Source: Chlorokybus atmophyticus
Lineage: Eukaryota > Plantae > Mesostigma and Chlorokybus algae
Assembly: GCA_009103225.1 (NCBI GenBank)
Contig: RHPI01001037.1
Span: 907,982 to 971,981 of the forward strand
DNA: 64,000 nucleotides
Reading direction: 5' to 3'
A program made the translations under genes and the position numbers. Below, one piece after another: positions 24,434 to 36,861 of this stretch (within the stretch, counting starts at the first letter, position 1; each line of letters opens with the position of its first letter). The notes beneath the pieces were generated by a model. It was given only the letters and a program-made list of their open reading frames with translations. It made no database searches and was not told the DNA's origin.

Positions 24434-27400
24434 CTAAAGTTTGTTGAAACGCATTGTTCTACACAGCCACTGACTATCTTCATCAGTTAGCCTTGTCAAG
24501 CGGTGCAGCAAGTAGTTGGTAGCAGAACGCCGTCTCCTCCCTAGATTGTGCGTCCTCTTGTACTCGTCCATCCGCGCCATCTGTGTCAGATGCGCAGTGT
24601 ACTCGCAAAGATTGCGCCTATCACCAACAGCCGAGCGCGCCATGGCCGCATCACCAACAATCGACCTGGCAGAGATTAAGTTTTCGAACAGTCTGCTATC
24701 GTGCTCTTCCAATGGAGGCTCCAACTTCACAGCCCTGGGCCTTGCACCAGCAGCCAAGACCGCTCCCCAAGCGGCTTCATCCTCAGCTTCTGGAATGTAC
24801 GATGTTGAGCAGCACTGGCTATCTGCATTAGCTGCAGGAATAGCACGCACAGTATCCCTCAGCGCAAGGAACATGCATGCCGCCGCAGCCTGCACCGCCT
24901 CATCCTCAGCATATGCATCTGCGCTCACGCCGTCGTTGCCGCAGTGTGCAAGCCATATGTCAGTTTCGCACAGTGTGTCTGCAAGCTTGGACACGCTCTC
25001 AGCGCTGGTGAGCTCTTCAACTGAAACCACACGTTTGCAAGCCAGCAGCAAGCCTTCCACATCAACATCTACAGGTGGAGGATTGCACGGGGCCTCCTGG
25101 TTGTCTATGTCTGCGCTTTCTGCAATGGGCTCGTCTTGTAAACCTATCGGTGTGTCCACTGCTTGTTGGTCGTCTGCTAGACACGCTTCATGGCAGTCAG
25201 CTGGTTGGCTCTGTGACATCACCACTTCCTGAATGGCGTCTTCATCCAACGGGGCTGCCAGTTGAGCACTGCCTGCATCATGGTCAGCAGCGACGTCCTC
25301 AGCTCCTTCCTCGGCTGCTGCCTGCGTGGACTCGGGCTCTATAACGTTGATGTTTGTTTCTTCGATTGCAGCCAGCCTGTCAAGTTCTGCTGCCACATCG
25401 CTTGCAAAGGACTCAAATTGCAATGCATTCTCCTTGGCAGCACATTCGGCTGCCACTGTTGCAGTTGCCTGAGCAATAGAGCAGGGGAACGCAATTTCGC
25501 CCATGTAATGCTTCATGCTCCGATGCACAATGCTGTAATGGACCAGACGCTCCAACTCCGCAGGAAACAGCAGAGTTCTGCCTTCAGCAATGAGCTGTTC
25601 TTGTTGGTAATGTTCTTCGGATGTTGTAGCCTTTGAGGGATCAGTTTGTCCAGGGCGACTTGCACTGCAACCGGATGGTTGATCGCGTAGATCTGCATGG
25701 ACGGGTGAACAGACTGGAACAGCCTGCAACCAAAACTGTGCAGCGAGTATTGTTCTCCTGATGTCCGATTCACATGCCAAGGCAAGTTGGTGGAGCACTG
25801 GCGGAGAAGCAGCAACGCCTTCTGCTGTGCAAATCTGTAACATTGGACACATGAGTGGTTGCACAAGCATACTGTTTGCACACGAAAGCATTCATGCCGT
25901 GTTGAGCGACTCGAAACATGTAACTGTCATAGGCAATAAGGACACACAAGGTTAATGGGCTTACCATGTGTGCATGTGTCACAAGCGAAGAAGCGACAGG
26001 AGGAACAAACTTCAAGCTGCGGATGTGCAGCCCAGGCAATTGTGGACACACTTCTGGCACTGTCAAATACATAGTGTCAGAACCACCATGTGAAAGACTC
26101 AATTTGATACGAGCTCCAAGACAAAACCTTAAGCACCAGTGTTGTGCGCAACATGCTGGTCACAGTACAGTACCACATGCAACCTCCCTTACCATTTGAT
26201 GTCAAAATGACCGGGCGCTTTGAGTTGGCAAGTATAGTGCTGACTGCAGGCCAAAACCCCTTGTCATCATCAAACAGCACGTCCACTTCTTCCAGTAGCA
26301 TGAGGCTGGCGTGCTGGGTGGAAACCTCTTCAGCTGGTTCTGAAGGCGGTTCTGCACTGCTGTGCTGCTGGCGTTTCTGTCGCGACAGTTTCAAGGGCGA
26401 AGGTGAAAAAGACACCCTGCGAGAGCGCCGTTTGCGCCCTCTGACTGCCACTGGAGACTCTGTGCTCTGGGACAGGACTTCAACAGGCGCGGTTTGCTGC
26501 AGTTCTGGCGCCTCTGGCTCCAGAACATTATCAGCGTCGCCTGCTTTGCTTGCTGTTGCTACCTCTGCGGGGCAAGAGGCATCATCTATAACAATAGGCT
26601 GCTGCTTTGTTTCTGAAGCCGCATTCAGCCTGGATGCAAGGTTGTGTGCTGTAGGCTTCGTGTTCGAACCGCTCTTGTGCTTGTATCTGGTCAGCATAGA
26701 CACATGGTCACCATCTGTCGACCAGCAATTCTATGCCACGAAGCATATCGGGTTCAAGTGTTAGGCCACAATGCTGCCCATACTTGTTTAGACTGGCTGA
26801 TTCCGTTGCTTCCTGAAACTTGCGTATAAGGTTTGACCCTGACCGCTGGTCGGATGCATTCACCTGCAAATAATGACAGCAAGTATGCATAAGAGCGATG
26901 ATGCTGACTAGTCAGTTGGAACAGCATGCAAAACAGAATGGGCAACTCATTTGCACGTAGTTGGACCATCAGCCTAGTCTAAAACTTGCGAGAGCGTGTA
27001 CCTCAATTACTTTATACCCAAGCTGACTGGCACAGGCGTAGACCGCAGCTGTTTTTCCCACCTGTTCGTCACATAGTGTCCAAAGGGTGCAAGAAATCAA
27101 CAGCAAGTTCTGTTAATGGTGTTGTCTCAATTGATCAGATGCAGCTAACGTACCCCCGCTGGCCCATACAACAGAATGGCGGTCCGATTTAATGACTGCT
27201 GATAGTCAGCAGAGTCATCGTTGGAGTCATCAGCTTCCCGAGACCAAGCGCTGCCACTCTCGAGGTGCCTCGGCTGACTTGCTGTCTGCGTGCTGCCTTG
27301 AGAGCTGATCTGTTTCTTGATGTCCAGTAGCCATTCGTGCAACGCAGTGACACTATTTTCGTTTCCGCACACCTACGTGCAAGTACTGTCACTAACAATG

Positions 27401-30152
27401 ACGTTCTGGGTGCCACGCATGTGACCACCATGTAATGAGGTATTGGACTCTTACACCGCAAGCTTTGCAACGGTATGAAAGTCCAGTACCTCATTGGCCT
27501 GCCTTGGCTTGTACTGCTCTGTCCACGGGACATTCTGAGCTACTCCGTCAACAGCTGATGAAGTTTGTTGGGCAGTACAATCAGCTGTATGAGCAAGGGA
27601 ATGGCTGCTTCTGTGCTTGTACGTCTCCAGCCTGAGTGCAGCAGGCTTAGCACCAGCCAGACAATACAATTACACATTCACTAAACAGATAGGGTGGCAC
27701 TGCACAGTGCGTCAAGCTGTGCAGTCAGCGTGTACCGGCGCAGCAAATCATTTATGCTTGGAATGGCATGTTGCTCATGATCATCAACACCAATGTCCAC
27801 ACCAGCGCCTTCATCTTTCTGTACAGCCGCAGCTGCCATCTGGCACAGCCCAAAAACTCAGTGGAGCCCATAGTAGCCCATACTTTGATACAAGCCAACA
27901 CAATTCAGGGCACACGTCAATATCCTCTTACCTGGTTGAGGTATGCATGTAGCTGCTTGACCCGAGCAGCAGTATGCTCTTCACTCAAGTCAACTAATTG
28001 AGGGCTTGGTTGCACCTCATGGCGTTTCCCCGGAGGCAATAGTAGTCTACAAGTTGAACTGTCAGTGCTGGAAGAGGCTGCCAATCTGTCACCATCAGGC
28101 CGCAGGTTGAGTGCGCCATGCCCAGCCGAGTGCAGCAACTGTGACAACGAGATCAACCGATTTAGTATTCATGGACAGTCAATGCATGTGGGGCACAACC
28201 TGCAGCAGTGAACATAACAATTCCATACCGGTCCTGTCTGCGTTATGTGGACACCAGTGAAGGGCTCTGCAAATGTTGAGGTTGGACCAACTCTGCCAAA
28301 AGTTGCTTGCTGAGGGTCACAAACAGGCCGTGCGCGTTGCAGTTGAAAAAAGGGATGAGCCTTCTTGCCGTCATTCATGCGCAAATCTTCCTATGTGAGA
28401 AAGGTCATGATCAGCTCACTCATACCAGCTCACAATTACAATATATGACCGCACAATATAAGCCTCACTTCGCGCTGCTTGCGGGAAGCTTCGCGCAGCT
28501 GCTGGCTTGCAACATAGTTTCGCCATAACTTGTACTCTGTCACAGCGATACCATGAGCAATGCAGACTGAAGGTGCACATAATCTGTGGGCAACTTGTGC
28601 AAACCTTGAGAGTTGCACTGCTCAGGATTGCGGCCGTCAGGATGCTGTGAGCTTGTGGAAGGTCCAGCTTCTATGGTACACTCAGAAGCTGAATGGTTTT
28701 CAGTCAGCCGCTCAATGCCAGACTCCTCCGGTTTGGTCTGCACAACTCCAGCAGCAGTCTGCTGCTGCTTGCCCTTTGCCTTGATCACCTTTGTCGAACT
28801 ATCAGCAGTCGCTGCCTTCTTGCCTTCCTTGTTGGTAGGTTGCTCTGCTAGTTGTTTGCGCTTGCCACTGAAGAACGGGTGAATGGCAGCTGGCATGTTG
28901 GTCGCAGCTGTTCCTGAGCTGGCTATCTCCACTACACATTCCTCACTGGTTGAAGCGGAAGTGGACTGGAAATGCTGCGAACATGCTCTGAAATTTACCT
29001 CGCGACAATCCAGTGTAATAGAACTGAGGATCTTGCACTCTTCCTCGTCCGCTGTCAAGTCTATTGCCCGCACAATGGGTGCATTGCTTGGTGCAGTTCT
29101 CCGCACAGTGCTCTTGGCATGGTCAAGGTCTTGTTCATTGCCACTGCAGCCTTCTTGGCCTGAGAAAACAGCTATGAGCAGAAGCTGACGCTGCTGGTAC
29201 TATTGCTTGCATAGAACTCACAGCTAACATGTTTGCAATAAGCTATGGTGTAGGCACGTACTGCTTGGCTGTTCAGGTACTTGCCCAGCAGTCACGCGAT
29301 GTCCATTGGCGGTAGCTGCACACAGAATAAGTCACCAGACTACTCCCAGGCGTACATCTGGCAACTGCTTACCTTGCAAACAAAATGCTCTATGTGTTGC
29401 TGCTCACATGTGTGGTGCTTTGGGAAAAGGGAAGCTTCACTCAAACCAGTGCACACTGTTGAACAACGTGTAACAGCATGTCGACGTGCACGCTCAACGC
29501 CATTAGCTGTGCCGAGCACGCATGCACGCTCACATGCAGTGTTTACAAACCACTGGACGAATATAAATTACAGACGGCACCAGGATGCTCTGTCCTCCCT
29601 TAAGGTAAGCATCCCACCGGTATTGGGAACAAGTATGCGGGAGGACCTCGTGACCCCATGACTCGTAAAGTAAGTCAAACCCAATGCACATGCACTACAC
29701 GTTGGCATTCTCCATGACGGTTTCCACAACAAAGAACCTGCACATCCGTCACTAAAATCACTTGATGCATACTAACCGGCGGTGAGAGCTCCAGATCCAG
29801 ACCCCCTGAAGAACCGTGTGATCAATACCGGCCCAGCACGCCGGCTGCTTGCGCCACCACTATCACCGGTTGTGGTAGCCCCGCTTTCATCTCCGCCAGC
29901 TGGTAAATTTGCTTTGGCAGACTTGAGGCGACGAGAGGAACGCCTCTTCTTGCTGGGACTCACCCCAGGCCCATCTGGAGGCGCAGCAGCAGCCACCTCT
30001 GTACATACTGGCAGCATGGCAGCTGCTGCTGCCTCCCTGGGCGCAACCGACGTCGACGGCTGCTCAACTCCAGTGTCTACGCTCTCCCGAGCAGGACTGA
30101 CCTCCTCAACAACGCCGGCGGCAGCCACATCGCCGCCGCCCTGCACCACCAT
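24434..30152 (-). CDS. ELG1: ELG1/ATAD5, large subunit of the RFC-like PCNA unloader, multi-exon
   Basis: [12 protein letters not shown]|[15 protein letters not shown]; Walker A region AILLYGPAG; [37 protein letters not shown]; C-terminal [26 protein letters not shown]; PIP-like LITRFF; two HPFF motifs. First in-frame ATG is 30152 (the track start at 30227 is TTG). Confidence 0.9.
27434..27495 (-). other. 62-nt imperfect hairpin (about 25 pairs) covering an ELG1 5' splice site
   Basis: On the minus strand AATGAG|GTACTGGACTTTCATACCG...CGGTGTAAGAGTCCAATACCTCATT. Donor at 27489; intron 27489-27373. Confidence 0.8.
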
Positions 30153-30216
30153 GCCGCACCAGCTTGGACTAGGGTTTTCATTGTCCAGCGCCAGAGCTTG
30201 TCTCAGCTCTCTCGCA

Positions 30217-30228
30217 TTTGGCGCCAAA
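30217..30228. promoter_or_regulatory. Palindromic double E2F site (TTTGGCGCCAAA) in the ELG1/isochorismatase bidirectional promoter; a G-box CACGTG lies at 30253-30258
   Basis: Matches the E2F consensus TTTSSCGC on both strands, about 65 bp upstream of the ATG of a DNA-replication gene. Confidence 0.6.
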
Positions 30229-30381
30229 ATTCAAACGAAGCCGTCTCTCTTCCACGTGTGATTCTCACTCACTGTTAACTAATCAGTACTGTGATTGCCA
30301 AATTGGGCAGCGATTGTGTTTGGCTCAGCTTGTGAGGAGCAGCAGTGCAGAGGACAGGGGCAGCGGCACAGCCGTGGGGTT

Positions 30382-32199
30382 ATGGCGACGGTGGTGGTGT
30401 TGGGGCGGGCGTTGGTGGGCGTCGTCGCTGGCCAGGGAGGGAGGGTGTCATCGCCGTCGTTGTTGGGGAGAGCGAGGGACAGTAGCGCCGCACGGCAGGT
30501 GGCCTTCCATGCTTGCCAGACTGCATGCTTAGCGGTGCATGCACACGGTGGCTGACTCACTTGCTCGCTGCATGCAGGCGCTGCACTTCAGCAAGAGAGC
30601 CGTAGAAGTGATGGATAGAAGGCTGACCACCATCAGTATGGCCGCATTACCACGGCTTGCCCAGGTGAGGCCTCTATGCTTGTGGTGAACAGTGCAGGTT
30701 TTGCGTGCAGACATGCTGGTCGGGTCGCTTGCTTGCTTTGCTGCTGCAACACCACTACTTGTCCTACGTGTCTTACCAATGTCGCTGTCTTTGACATCGC
30801 TAACAGACGTGCAGGGCAATTGCGCACTGTTCGTGTGCGACATACAGGAAAAGTTTCGCCCCGTCATTGACAAGTTCCCAGCTGTCATCCATACGGCCAA
30901 AACAATGGTAAGCAGTCGGTCGTCCTCGCATGCAGTACACCTACATGAGCAGGCATACATAGCACACCTGTATAAGCACTATTAGTCATGTGGGAGAAAC
31001 GCTAATCATCCAGGCGTGTGGTTGTGTGCATCGCACGCTGCAAGTGTCAAGCAGTCGTTCATTGAGTGCGGTGGCAGATTGTGTGGCGTGTTGTTGTTTG
31101 CAGCTTCAGGCTGCGAACATTTTGGATGTTCCCGTCTTGGTGAGCGAGCAGTACCCTAAGGGGCTTGGAAACATTGGTAAGCAATAGGTGTCAAATCTCT
31201 TTCTCTTGTGACATACGAGTAAAGTGCACTCATCTTAACAATTGCCTGCAGTGGAAGAGCTTAAGCCTTTGATCCCAGAAGGAGCTCCTTTGATTGAAAA
31301 GATGGACTTTACCATGATAGGTACCGCACACAACCTCATCACACGTAGATGCAAGCAGATATGCAACATGGACGCATGCAAACTCACTTGGCAACACTTT
31401 TCAATTGCAGTGCCAGAGCTTCTTAGTAAACTGAGATCACGCAGGGAGGTCTCCCAAGTGATACTCATAGGCATTGAGGCAAGTGAACCGAATACAGATG
31501 ATAGGCTGATGTGAGCACGTGCAAGGCGAAGTTCTTGATTGGAACATGCATGTAGGCTCATGTGTGCGTCAGCCAAACCACCCTCGACCTGCTAGGTAAG
31601 TCAGCTATGCTTCTAGCATCTGCATTGAGCAAATGATGTGCTGCTGCCCAAACTGCCTTCACGGATACTGCGTGCACAAGCGTCTCTGTTTCTCAACATA
31701 AACAATTACCCTCACAGAGCTGGGCTACCAAGTACATTTGCTAGTGGATGGCGTGTCATCCCAGAGGCCGACCGACAGGGCTGTGGCTTTACAGGTTGGT
31801 TGCTGCACAGCACTTTGGAAGTGCTCTGTTGTCTGCTGTGTACCGTACTCACCTTCATGAATACCTCTTGTCACAGCGACTATCCAATGCTGGCGCTGTT
31901 CTCTCAACTTCAGGTGTGCATGTATCGAATGGACATGGTTGATCGTCCAAACTGTGTTGTTCGGCATCAAAACTTGCGTCAACTTACACATGTTGGCGGG
32001 TATTACCACAGAAACTGCTCTATTTGAGATTATGAGGAGTGCAAGCTTTCCAGGCTTCAAGGTGCGACATCCATACACATGTGCCATGCTGTGTTTTCAC
32101 GTGAGACCTCTCCTTGATGAACTTGTTTTGGGTTAACAGGAAGTCTCAAAGCTGGTGAGAGAGAAGCGACCTGATGCCATGTTGACATATCCATCATAG
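30382..32199 (+). CDS. ISOC: Isochorismatase-family hydrolase (ISOC1/2-like) with an organelle transit-peptide-like N-terminus, multi-exon
   Basis: CALFVCDIQEKFRPVI; VPVLVSEQYPKGLG; VILIGIE|AHVCVSQTTLDLL; VHLLVDGVSSQRPTDRAVALQ. Ends EKRPDAMLTYPS*. One GC-AG intron at 31479-31555. Confidence 0.9.
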
Positions 32200-33839
32200 C
32201 TATCGGTTCCAACCTCCCAGCAATAAGGCCTGTACAGATGTTCCCTCGCAATGATTGTGGGTGTAGTAGTATTAGTGGAGTGGGTGATGCGTTAGCTGTA
32301 CCTTGCGGTGGTTCTACCAGTAGCCATTTAGACGGGCACAGGGCGCTCGCGGCTACAGCAGTCCACGGACTACCGACTCTCCACCTGCATTATTCAGCTT
32401 ACCAGGTGACTTGACACAGTGGTGCTACGATGGTACACCTTTGCGTAAGCTGACAGCAGCGTTACTGTGATGAAACCTGTGGATGAGCTGATTGTAGGAG
32501 AACAGCAAGGTGCCATGTCTGCCAGTATTCTGCTTGCTCGGGGACAGGCATGACTATTAGCTTTGGTTGAACATACTTACCAGCAACCATGCGTTGATGA
32601 CACTGTCTGTGGTGTGTATCGTGGCTGGTTTGGGTGCTTGACCGGGAGCAGCATGCATGCGTAAGGAGTGTAGTAAGTAGACAGTGTTAGTGCCCGCCCT
32701 GTTGGCATACATGGCAGTGCTGATAATGGACGCAACGGACAACAGTTTAAGTACATGGGGAGCAGGAGTGCCCGTGTCATCGGAGTGGAGCGCGCATGAC
32801 CAGTACCAGTCAGGGACACATAAACGAATCCACGCAGGGAGTTTGAGCCGTGCATGCCACCGTGCGTGTGAGTGGTACGACTGACGATACCTTAAGCATG
32901 CAGCCGGCAGCCGCAGCAGCAGTACAGTAGTGGCGGTGGTGGCGGTGTGGGAGAGCGGTGGCGGGGGCAGTCTGGTCTGCTGGTCGAGGTGATCGTTGAC
33001 ATCCGGTGGTGCAAGGCTGATGCTACTGGCGGTGTCGCAGGTGATGATGCATGCATGTTGACTGACGGGGTAAGGGCAATAGCGAAGCTAGCTACCTAGG
33101 TTGTATAGGCAGCCCGGTGGTGATATAAGTTGCTGCCATGTTGGACTGTGCTTGTGCTGGCGTATGTTGCATGGGCCGTGCAATGGTGAGTCACATGCAC
33201 AGCATTGCATATTCATTACACTCAACACACAGCACATGTACATGACAACGGATATGCCTGTGAACACACTAGCACCTTAGAGATTGATATACACACAGAG
33301 CCCGTGTGGGCAGGTAATGCACTACTAACACGCATGTATGCATGCCTAACGGGGAGGTCTAGACTAGTGGTGTATTGAGGAACAAACAATGTGTATAGCC
33401 TGGTGGTTGTGTTGTAATGTGCTTGCATGTTGCTGTTAGGCATGCTGTGAGTGAGGTCATGCATGTCTCCAACTACTGCCAGCATATCCTGTACATTTGT
33501 TTGTGAGAAAAAAGATTGCAAATCGCCATGAGACAAGCCAAAGCTGTCACGTTGCCAACCTGCTTGCATATGCAAAGACAAACACTCGTGGGCAGACGAA
33601 CATTGTGCACTGATACCCCTCTCGCATTTTCTGTACATTGCCAGCACAAAGGTGCACCAGTGCAAGCTTGTCATGGCACGCAGCAACACTGCATTCTTCA
33701 CTCCAACCAGAAGCGTGACACTTGAGTGATACTCACAATTCTGCTTGCTATGCTGCAAAGCAACCGTATTGTACAATATGTTGCAAACCATACACGACAC
33801 GCAATGAGCGTGTACCACAATACATTGCGTCTAAGGAGG

Positions 33840-35641
33840 TCACGAGATGGTGCAGTACCGCTTGTCACGTTTGGCGTTTTTTGATATTGGAGTTGGGTTC
33901 AGCACCACCAAGATCGCGGCATCAAACACCGCCTTCAGGCCCTGCACAGCTTGCACACTTAGCGTGTTCGCAACTCGCACACTGGCAACATGCTAGACTG
34001 GGGTTTCGCTCCGCAACATCAAGCTGTTGCACTGCTGTATGCATACCTCCTGCGTCTTGGCGCTGCATTCCAGGTAGCGATACCCGCCTATCTGCTTCCT
34101 TAACTGCTCCCCCTGCAAGTAAGGAGAAGGAATGAGATGGGTGTGATGGGTGCAAAGCAGCAGTCTTTGACCTGCATACAACCAAGATGCAGAACGCATA
34201 CATCACTTGCCTCCTCTGGCGCGATGAAAGAGACGTTTGGGTGCTGTGCAATGAAGTCTTCATCTTCTCTCAAATCTGTCAATCAGCGTATCAACATGCA
34301 TAACACTCACGTGACCAATCTGGACTGACTAGTGAAATGAATGTCAATGCTGTGTGTACCTAACTTGGTGGCAACCAACACGATGGGCACGTCAGGAGCA
34401 TAGTGCCTCAATTCCGGCAACCACTGCACATAACATTGGTTGGACGCTTCAGTCAGACATACATGCTGTCAAGCACAACAGCATTCCTTCACAAAACAAC
34501 TAACCTTGCTAGTGATGTTCTCAAAACTTGCTCTGCTGATGAGAGAGAAGCAAAGGATCAATACGTCCGCGTCGCGGTAACTCAATGGTCTTAACCTGTT
34601 GTAATCCGATTGGCCTGGCACACATACCTTGTCACACTATCGCCTCTTTTCCCGCATACACAACAACACGCCACACGTAATCACATGCACGCACGCTTTA
34701 CACGCAGCTCTCCAGCATCATGACCAAGACAAATGAGACTTTACAACTTGCCTGCCGTGTCCCAGAGGCCCAAGCTGATGATCTTCGTGCCAACGGTCAC
34801 GTTTGCGCTGTAGTTGTCAAAAACTGTTGGGATGTAATCCTGCACATGACGACAATAAGACTCACGAGCAAGCATTGCATTGTCTGTTTTTACACGCACT
34901 ACGTGCTATGAGTTTGACATCACCTGTGCTGCCACGGGCCTACCATTTGCGGGGAAATGGACAATTCGACAATGTGGGATGTAGACTCGACCCACATTGT
35001 TGATCACCATAAATGGTTGACGTTATTTGAGGTGAATGGCTGAACGCAGGCAAGAAGAGGCAACGGTAATGCCTGAGAATCCAGAACTTTCTGTGCATGT
35101 AAGCACGTGCGAGTTTTGTGTATAATTTAACAATTTTGCTACAGGGAATCTTTCGCTCAAATTCTGATCACATGCTACCACAGCAAAGATACGGTTGCAT
35201 GATGTCTCTCTCTTCTTGTGTACATGCACGGCATGCAACTCCCAATGCAACGTGCGACCTTTGAAAATGCCAACATCATAGGAATAAGTCTTGCGCTCAC
35301 CAAACAATCGCTCAGTCTCATACTCCTCACAAAATGTGAGTCATCACGCTGATCGTTCTGAGTCACAATTACTACTAAGATTCATATTGTTTTCGTTTCA
35401 TATCAATTCATGTCTAGTTTTGGTACTCCGCATTTGCCCACAGTTGCTAAGAGAGCCCATACAGCGAAGGCGGTTCGGTTTACCTCAGTTAAGCTCAACC
35501 AGATAGAACAAACAAGCGAGCACGAAAACTGAAACTTACTGTTGGGAAGCGGTTGGATGTGTAGGCGATGAGCATGCAGGTCTTTCCGACGGCGCCGTCC
35601 CCCACCACAACGCACTTGATCTGCCTCTCCGCCGCGCTCAT
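33840..35641 (-). CDS. ROP: ROP (Rho of plants) small GTPase, 7 exons
   Basis: [27 protein letters not shown]|[14 protein letters not shown]...LGLWDTA|[13 protein letters not shown] (the N in [10 protein letters not shown] is the ROP signature); [20 protein letters not shown]; [10 protein letters not shown]; ends [14 protein letters not shown] introns at 34751-34615 and 34210-34113. Confidence 0.95.
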
Positions 35642-35752
35642 GTCGCCAGCCGCCCCTCTCGCCCCCTCTACCCCTTCCGCACTCCCAATCAACTCCTACA
35701 ACGCCCCTCCATGACCACGATCAACACCAGGACCAGCGCCAAGCCCACCAGT

Positions 35753-35787
<35 letters not shown>

Positions 35788-36861
35788 TGCACTGCTGCTC
35801 TGGTCCAGTCTGGTCCGGTCACTAACAATAGGTTGCTGGACGTTTTGCCCGTTGTGCGTTCGAACCGGATCGCGGCGTTTGAAAGCCATCGACGAATCTT
35901 TAGCTGCCACGTTGCGCGCGTTATTTATTGCTGGTGACATCTCTTTTCTGATGAACATGCACATCTAGAATTGCCAGTTGGGTTGGCTACTAGCCAATGG
36001 CTAGTAACACGGCAACACTATAACACAAAGTTGGTGTACAATATGATATTGATATTGGGGTCAATTGGTAGCATAAAGCTTAATGGACTTGTAGAGTAGC
36101 AAACTACAGCAAAATCTTTCAGCAAAAACATAGCCGCTTACATAAAGAAGGCATATAAGTCAATGATGGTGCGAGTGCAAGTTTACATGAAAGGGTTTCC
36201 CATACAATTACATAAATTGTTAAGGAATATGATGTGCATAATGTTATACAAATAACATCCATTGATGGATGCATCCGTTCAGCATTTGTGTAAACATTTG
36301 GTAGAGAATTTGCTTAAAGCTACTGATGAGACCGTTATACTGAATATCATGTTATACATCGCTACATAATGCAACATCATGCATAGTTGTGGATATCACG
36401 CAAGTTGCCGAGTTGTCTTTGTTATAATGTAATGATGTATCAGTCATCTATACAAACACATAGCCACAAATTTACAAGATTGAAGATGAAAATTGATCAT
36501 TAATGACTTGCAAACACAAATTATATGAACATGCGGATGTGGAGTTTGATGCAAGCGTAGTAACGCAATTGACATCCTTAAATCTGCAATTGTTTCATAT
36601 TTATTGTTAAAACTTAACTTGTCCATTGTTGACATACTACAACGTGTTTGTGACATGCAATGTGCAATCGTTTTTGCCAACAGCCACTTCTGAAACAATA
36701 CATACACAAAGTCTTGCACGCACCAACGCCCACAGGACACAACATACGTTCAAGTTTTTGCATGTGTGCATATTGCACGCATAGTCGCGTGCATATCAAA
36801 GTGTGTACAAAGTATAAACACAAAAAAAGACTAGTGTTGCAGAGATGTGTTGCAGGTTCCT

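Noticed and set aside
30153-30227. ELG1 N-terminus MAPNARE from the ORF track
   Set aside because: It begins at TTG; the first in-frame ATG is 30152 and the segment overlaps the E2F site.
36060-36700. Protein-like readthrough frames between ROP and CEP131
   Set aside because: Stop density is what AT-rich random sequence would give, and there is no recognisable motif.
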